This document shows positions 57,930 to 64,000 of a stretch of 64,000 nt of DNA, in pieces. A program made the position numbers and the translations under genes. This stretch comes from Chrysomallon squamiferum (taxonomy: Eukaryota > Animalia > Mollusca). Each line of letters starts with the position of its first letter. Within the stretch, counting starts at the first letter, position 1. The stretch is taken from NCBI GenBank assembly GCA_012295275.1, contig CM022670.1:34906001-34970000 (forward strand), given 5' to 3'. The notes under the pieces are model-generated. The model was not told where the DNA came from, searched no databases, and saw only the letters and a program-made list of their open reading frames with translations.

Positions 57930-58760
57930 GTTTAGTCATCTAGTGATGATTACAAGCTGATGATAGTTTACTCATCAAGTGATGATAACAATTTGATGAT
58001 AGTTTAGTATCCAGTGATGATTACAATTTGATGATAGTTTAGTATCCAGTGATGATTACAATTTGATGATAGTTTAGTCATCCAGTGATGATTACAAGCT
58101 GATAGTTTACTCATCAAGTGATGATAACAATTTGATGATAGTTTAGTATCCAGTGATGATTACAATTTGATGATAGTTTAGTATCCAGTGATGATTACAA
58201 TTTGATGATAGTTTAGTCATCCAGTGATGATTACAAGCTGATGATAGTTTACTCATCAAGTGATGATAACAATTTGATGATAGTTTAGTATCCAGTGATG
58301 ATTACAATTTGATGATAGTTTAGTATCCAGTGATGATTACAATTTGATGATAGTTTAGTCATCCAGTGATGATTACAAGCTGATGATAGTTTACTCATCA
58401 AGTGATGATAACAATTTGATGATAGTTTAGTATCCAGTGATGATTACAATTTGATGATAGTTTAGTCATCCAGTGATTATCGCAAGCTGATGATAGTTTA
58501 GTCATCCAGTGATTATCGCAAGCTGATGATAGTTTAGTCACCCAGTGATGATCGCAAGCTGATGATAGTTTAGTCAGCCAATGATGATTACAAGCTGATG
58601 ATAGTTTAGTATCCCAGTGATGATTACAAGCTGATGATAATTTAGTCACCCAGTGATGATTACAAGCTGATGATAGTTTAGTCATCCAGTGATGATTACA
58701 AGCTGATGATAATTTAGTCATCCTTTGGTGATTGTAAGCTGTTTATAGTTTAGTCATCGA
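57930..58760. repeat. 35/36-bp satellite array with higher-order periodicity
   Basis: Unit (C)ATCCAGTGATGATTACAA(GC/TT)TGATGATAGTTTAGT. A variant TTTACTCATCAAGTGATGATAAC recurs about every 140 bp in the first half. Confidence 0.92.
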
Positions 58761-59522
58761 GTCAGTGATTCTGTCTCTTTAACGTTCATAAAAAATATTT
58801 GAGAAAACTGTTTTACAAAGTTACGTCGCATTATTTCGGGCTGTTATTGTTGTGGCAGGAAATTAAAACGGAATTAATATAAATGGTAGAACACTGGTTT
58901 CGGGTGATCGATATGGAGCTCGTAGTATGTACCTAATAGTAATTAATAAACGTGTTACTTATCTTGTATATAAAACAGGTCAAACTACAAGCCATACTCT
59001 TACAATGAAGCGATAAATAAATACTAACAAATTCTTTTCCAATGGAATATAACAAAAGCAACATTTCTACATTGAAAGACGACATACATACGTACATACA
59101 TACATACATACATAACTACACACATACAAACAGACACATACCAACACACATACACACACACACACACACATACATACATATACAAAAGGGATATACAAAA
59201 GTGAACTGATTTATTCAAAGTACGAAAAGAACATGGTATATTATTGATTAAACTTAAATATTATAGAGTTATAAAGTAATTTAATTAAAATATATATATA
59301 TATATATATATATATTATTATGTTTAAATTTAATAGTAATGGAATTACCCTAAATTAATTTGTAATATACATGAGGAGTAAACATAGAAAAATCACATAG
59401 CTTGTTATCATAGCTGGCCTACTTATAAAAGGGCCGAAATCAAACACCAAAATAAATAACGTGTTTACTCAGTCCGGTGTAGGATAGTTTCAACTGATGA
59501 GAAAATAAGTTTTTCTGTTTGA

Positions 59523-59612
<90 letters not shown>

Positions 59613-59674
59613 TGTATATGTATACGTATGTTTCAATATGCATGCATTTGCACACTTTATGTGGATCGCCTATA

Positions 59675-59760
<86 letters not shown>

Positions 59761-60315
59761 TGAAAGAGAGGAGGAGGGGAGGAAGGGAGTGAGAGAGAGT
59801 GATCAGATAGGCAGAGAGAGAGAGAGAAAGACATAAACAAATTGCGACAAAATCATTTAGGGTTGTTTTCAATAAATACTACAGTTGTTATTTGTAGTAG
59901 TGAACATTGCTGTTTAGTTACAACTGTGTCAGTAGTTAAGACTTGGTCATAACGAATGTAACGTGTTATCAGATCATGTTCACACTGTGTTATATTTGTC
60001 TAACAGAAACGTAATAGCCCGCAGTTTGACCTCTAAGGAATCCTTATGAACATACGAAACACAGTCTTCCTTGAACTTTACGAAAATTGAGTACAGCATT
60101 GGAGAAATGATTATATTTAGCGGTAGTGAAGGTGAGCAGACACACACACACAAAACAACAACATCAACAACAAAAAATAGTTGAAGAAAATAATGCCATT
60201 ACCAGATAATACTTATTTTGTTACCTTTATACTTATCTGCCGTGTATTTCGGTTTATATGTTTAGTTATCTTTATCGTAAATGTTGTTAGAAACATATGT
60301 GTTGTTATAGAAATG

Positions 60316-60352
<37 letters not shown>

Positions 60353-60892
60353 TACATACATACATACATACATACATACATACACACACATACACATACA
60401 TACATATACACATACACACATTATATGCATAATTTTATATATATATATGACGGAATAACGTATATATACATAAACACACACACAAACACACACATATATA
60501 TATATAACCTCATTAGTTGTCAAATCACTGACATCCAATAATGTATCCATCCGTCACACATATATATTACAAAATAATTATGCATATTCCTCCATGTCAT
60601 TTTGAAAAGGCGATTGTGTTGTTACAATCTTGCCTTCGTCTTGATGGTGATCGTAGTCATCATTTTCGTCAAAGCTGTCGTTACTGTTGTTGTTGATGAT
60701 GCTGCTGCTGCTGCTGCTGCAACAGACAAAACAATGAGTAACCCAGCATTGTGGCTTTCTTTCGTCATAATGCAATATCTCGCGCAGTTATAATATAATA
60801 ATTAATACCCATTATTAGCACAACACATGATGTAAAGCATGAATGTTCAGATAGTTTTAAAGTGAAAGATTCGTGTTATATCAAAAAAGAGG

Positions 60893-61129
60893 CAGGGGCG
60901 GGTCTAGAGAGGGGGGTCCAAGGCGTTTATTTAGGTGTTTGTTTTTAAATTTCTGTCAGTGTATACAACACTGTAGAATATATCTGCCAGCGTCCCTGAT
61001 GTAGCTCTGTTATATTATGATCCATGTGAACCGTGTGCAATTCTTCAGTAGAGTCTCTTCATATTGTTATGGTGCCACTTTTTGACATGGACTCCTCATC
61101 ATCATCAGAAAAGCTGGATCCGCCCCCCG
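60893..61129. mobile_element. Probable MITE with GGGGCGGATCCAG-type TIRs
   Basis: Left end CAGGGGCGGGTCTAG; right end CTGGATCCGCCCCCCG (reverse complement CGGGGGGCGGATCCAG). Ends are GC-rich in AT-rich DNA. No clear TSD. Confidence 0.45.
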
Positions 61130-61869
61130 AGATAACAATAATTATGCAGGGTTAAGATCGGCAGAGATGCAAATTGAAAAAGCGATTTACGCAATGATTC
61201 TGATAGTAAGTAAGTGGGACGGTAGATAATCTGTGAGGTTTTGAAGTCACAGAAGTTAAATAATGAAGTTGCTAACATTTCGGATAAGCAAATTAAGGCT
61301 GACTGGCGCAATGGTGGCGTCATAGTTAAACTTTGAGTCAGACAGGAAGCATTAGTAAAGACAAAAAGAAATATTTTATTTGACGATGCATTCTACATTT
61401 TGTGGCATCATGCGTATGCATTAGTGACTATAAAGAGAGTTAAAACATGAATCCGAAACGAAAAGGGCTAGTCTTTTTGTGTTTACATTAAGTGAACATT
61501 GCCTTTGACAAAGCAGACGTAAAACACAATCTTGAAACGGACAAATAAATGGCTGCACCGAAACGAACTGATCTGGCGACCTGTTTGTTTTCAGCCCTGC
61601 TCCTTAACCAGGTACCCAGCGACAACTGCTTAAAGTACTGTCATTATAATGACTGTTCTGGTTCATAATGTCTTCCAAACCAAAGCAAATTATTGTTAGT
61701 AATATTATTAGTGTCATTGTTGTTGTTGTTGTCGTTATTATCACTCATACGAAATATCTATGTAATGAAATGAAACACACAGGTAAATATTTGAAATAAT
61801 CTTAATGCTGTTTCATTAATAATGAATTCTTTCGCAATAACTTCTGCATGTTTCGTTTATATATATTAT

Positions 61870-61912
<43 letters not shown>

Positions 61913-62062
61913 CATATACATATTGATATTTAACAATGAACAGTTAAATAAATACTACGTTTTCTTACATTTTACAACGTGTTATAATAATTTCTACTCA
62001 TGATAATATTATGTATTTAATAATAAACTGAGCTTTTTTTGTAAAATGGATATATGTAACGG

Positions 62063-62120
<58 letters not shown>

Positions 62121-62559
62121 GAACTGTTATTTAACCGAACTAGTACATTTACTTATATTTTATATTTCATAATAATGCCAACGCGTGAAATATAATATTA
62201 AATATCATTCTCTTTTGTCACTGTTTAACTGTAATACATAATAGTGTATTTTTTGTCTAGCCGATGCAGACAGCCTGAATGAAACAACAAGGGTATTTCT
62301 AATCCTACGTCTTGGGTGTTTTTGTGTCAGGTAAATTAACATGAATGACAGATAAAGGGTATGGTCAAAACGTGTTGACTGACAGATGTACACGATAACG
62401 GGTCATTGTCGAATACTCGAGATATTGCATCAGTAGTAGAGACTGGATTGTTTGCCGGTGGTTGCGATAAAGGTAGGGTTGACTCGTGAAGAAAAAAAAA
62501 CCTTATAATAATAATAATAATTAATTAATTTGTTTGCATATTTATGGTATATATTTCAG

Positions 62560-63060
62560 TGAATTTAAGTTTAAGTTATAAAATTTAAGTTTAAATCAGG
62601 TTTGAATTTGAGTTTAAGAGTTTAAGAGTGAGTGTAAGTATGTGTAAGTACGTTTAGGTATAGTTTTACGTTTAAATTGAAATTTAAGTTTAAGTTAGGT
62701 TTAGGTTTAAGCTTAAATTTAAAATTTACGTTTAGATTTAGGTTCAGTTTTGTATATTTTTCTTCTTCTTCTTCTTTTTAGGTTTAGCTTTAAGCTCAAA
62801 TTGAAATTTAAGTTTAAGTTAGGTTTAGGTTTAAGCTTAAATTGAAATTTAAGTTTAAGTTAGGTTTAGGTTTAAGCTTAAATTTAAATTTACGTTTATA
62901 TTTAGGTTTAGTTTTGTATATTTTTCTTCTTTTTTTAGGTTTAAGTTCAAATTGAAACGTTAGTTTAGGTTAGGTTTAGTTAAATTTATATTTTCTTCTT
63001 CTTCTTTTTTTTAGGTTTAAATTTAAATTTACGTTTAGACTTAGGTTCAGTTTTGTATAT
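62560..63060. repeat. Degenerate TTTAGG/TTTAAG hexamer-based tandem array
   Basis: Recurrent blocks such as AAATTTAAGTTTAAGTTAGGTTTAGGTTTAAGCTTAAA and TTTAGGTTCAGTTTTGTATATTTT. Confidence 0.75.
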
Positions 63061-63335
63061 TTTCTTTCTTCTTCTTGTTTGTTGTTGTTGTTATTTTCTT
63101 GTTCTTCATAATTCTATTCTTCATCACTATTATCATTATTACTCATGTTTGGTATTGCTATTATGTAATGCCGTTCTATCGTCTCTCATTTATTGCTGTT
63201 GTCGTTGTAAGCGACGAATTGTATTTGCTTTTTGATTAATTGATTCTCCTCAACTCGTTTTGAGTTAACCATTTTCACTCAGACTTTGCCAAAATGTCTA
63301 AGGCAGCAACATTTTTTTTTTTAATTAAATAATTA

Positions 63336-63410
<75 letters not shown>

Positions 63411-63504
63411 TAATCAAAATAATAATAACAATAATAATAAAATAATAATAATAACAACAAAAATGATAATAATATAATCAAAATAATAATAACAATAATA
63501 ATAA

Positions 63505-63549
<45 letters not shown>

Positions 63550-64000
63550 CTTTAACAGATACAATAAAAAAAGAAACTAAATTTGATACAATTTTTTTTT
63601 TAAATTATAAACATAAAATATATATATATATACTGCAGGTACTAACACATCTTGCTGTTTATCAGAAGATACAGATTATTTGTTGTGAACATGTTTTAAC
63701 TTCTTCTGAGAAGTACTTAACCTCTGTTACAGATCTAAAGGTCAAAAAGACGTATGTACTTCACTCATGAACGATAAGATACTGACCCATATGTACAGCA
63801 ACTGTGTTTGGTGAACTCTGAATCAAAACAGATATATATATATATATATATATCCATTCGATATATCAGGTTTTCCATAAATCAGTACAATAGAGGATCT
63901 CCTCTGTGGGATTTTGTTTCAGGTTATTGTCGTGTTGAGGGGGTTTGTACTATTAACCAGTTTTGTTGTTAGAGGTTATTGCTGTGTTGTGGATCTGTAC

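Noticed and set aside
57440-57930. Unique GC-richer segment with short ORFs on both strands
   Set aside because: No recognisable domain or consistent exon structure. It may be a TE remnant, but I cannot support a call.
58398-58721. ORF with TKLSSACNHHW repeats as a metal-binding protein
   Set aside because: It is a translation of the 36-bp satellite. The frame breaks in the 35-bp units and there is no splice or start context.
57930-58760. ~36-bp repeats as a CRISPR array
   Set aside because: Units are directly adjacent with no unique spacers, there are no cas genes, and the context is eukaryotic.

Overview
This is AT-rich, microsatellite-dense eukaryotic genomic DNA with spliceosomal introns. 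It is an animal, probably an invertebrate and possibly a mollusc (inference). Most ORF-track entries are translated microsatellites. Reading splice sites by hand gives three intact multi-exon genes. Two are tandem + strand SLC26 (prestin/pendrin-type SulP + STAS) anion transporter paralogs: gene A at 2026-10221 (16 exons, 690 aa) and gene B at 23723-37083 (16 exons, 681 aa). The third is a convergent - strand gene (54162 down to 39860, 10 coding exons, about 697 aa) encoding a type I membrane protein: signal peptide, 2 ShKT-like modules, 6 sushi/CCP domains, Ser/Thr stalk, CxxCxC, TM helix and short tail. Between the SLC26 genes lie relics of a third SLC26 copy (exons 11-13), followed by a rearranged Tigger/pogo transposon fragment that ends in a foldback palindrome. 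Also present are MITEs, minisatellites, a 35/36-bp satellite with higher-order structure, and candidate regulatory islands. The most notable points are the shared non-canonical anion-site residues in both SLC26 paralogs, the ShKT+CCP receptor architecture, and a probable GC-AG intron.
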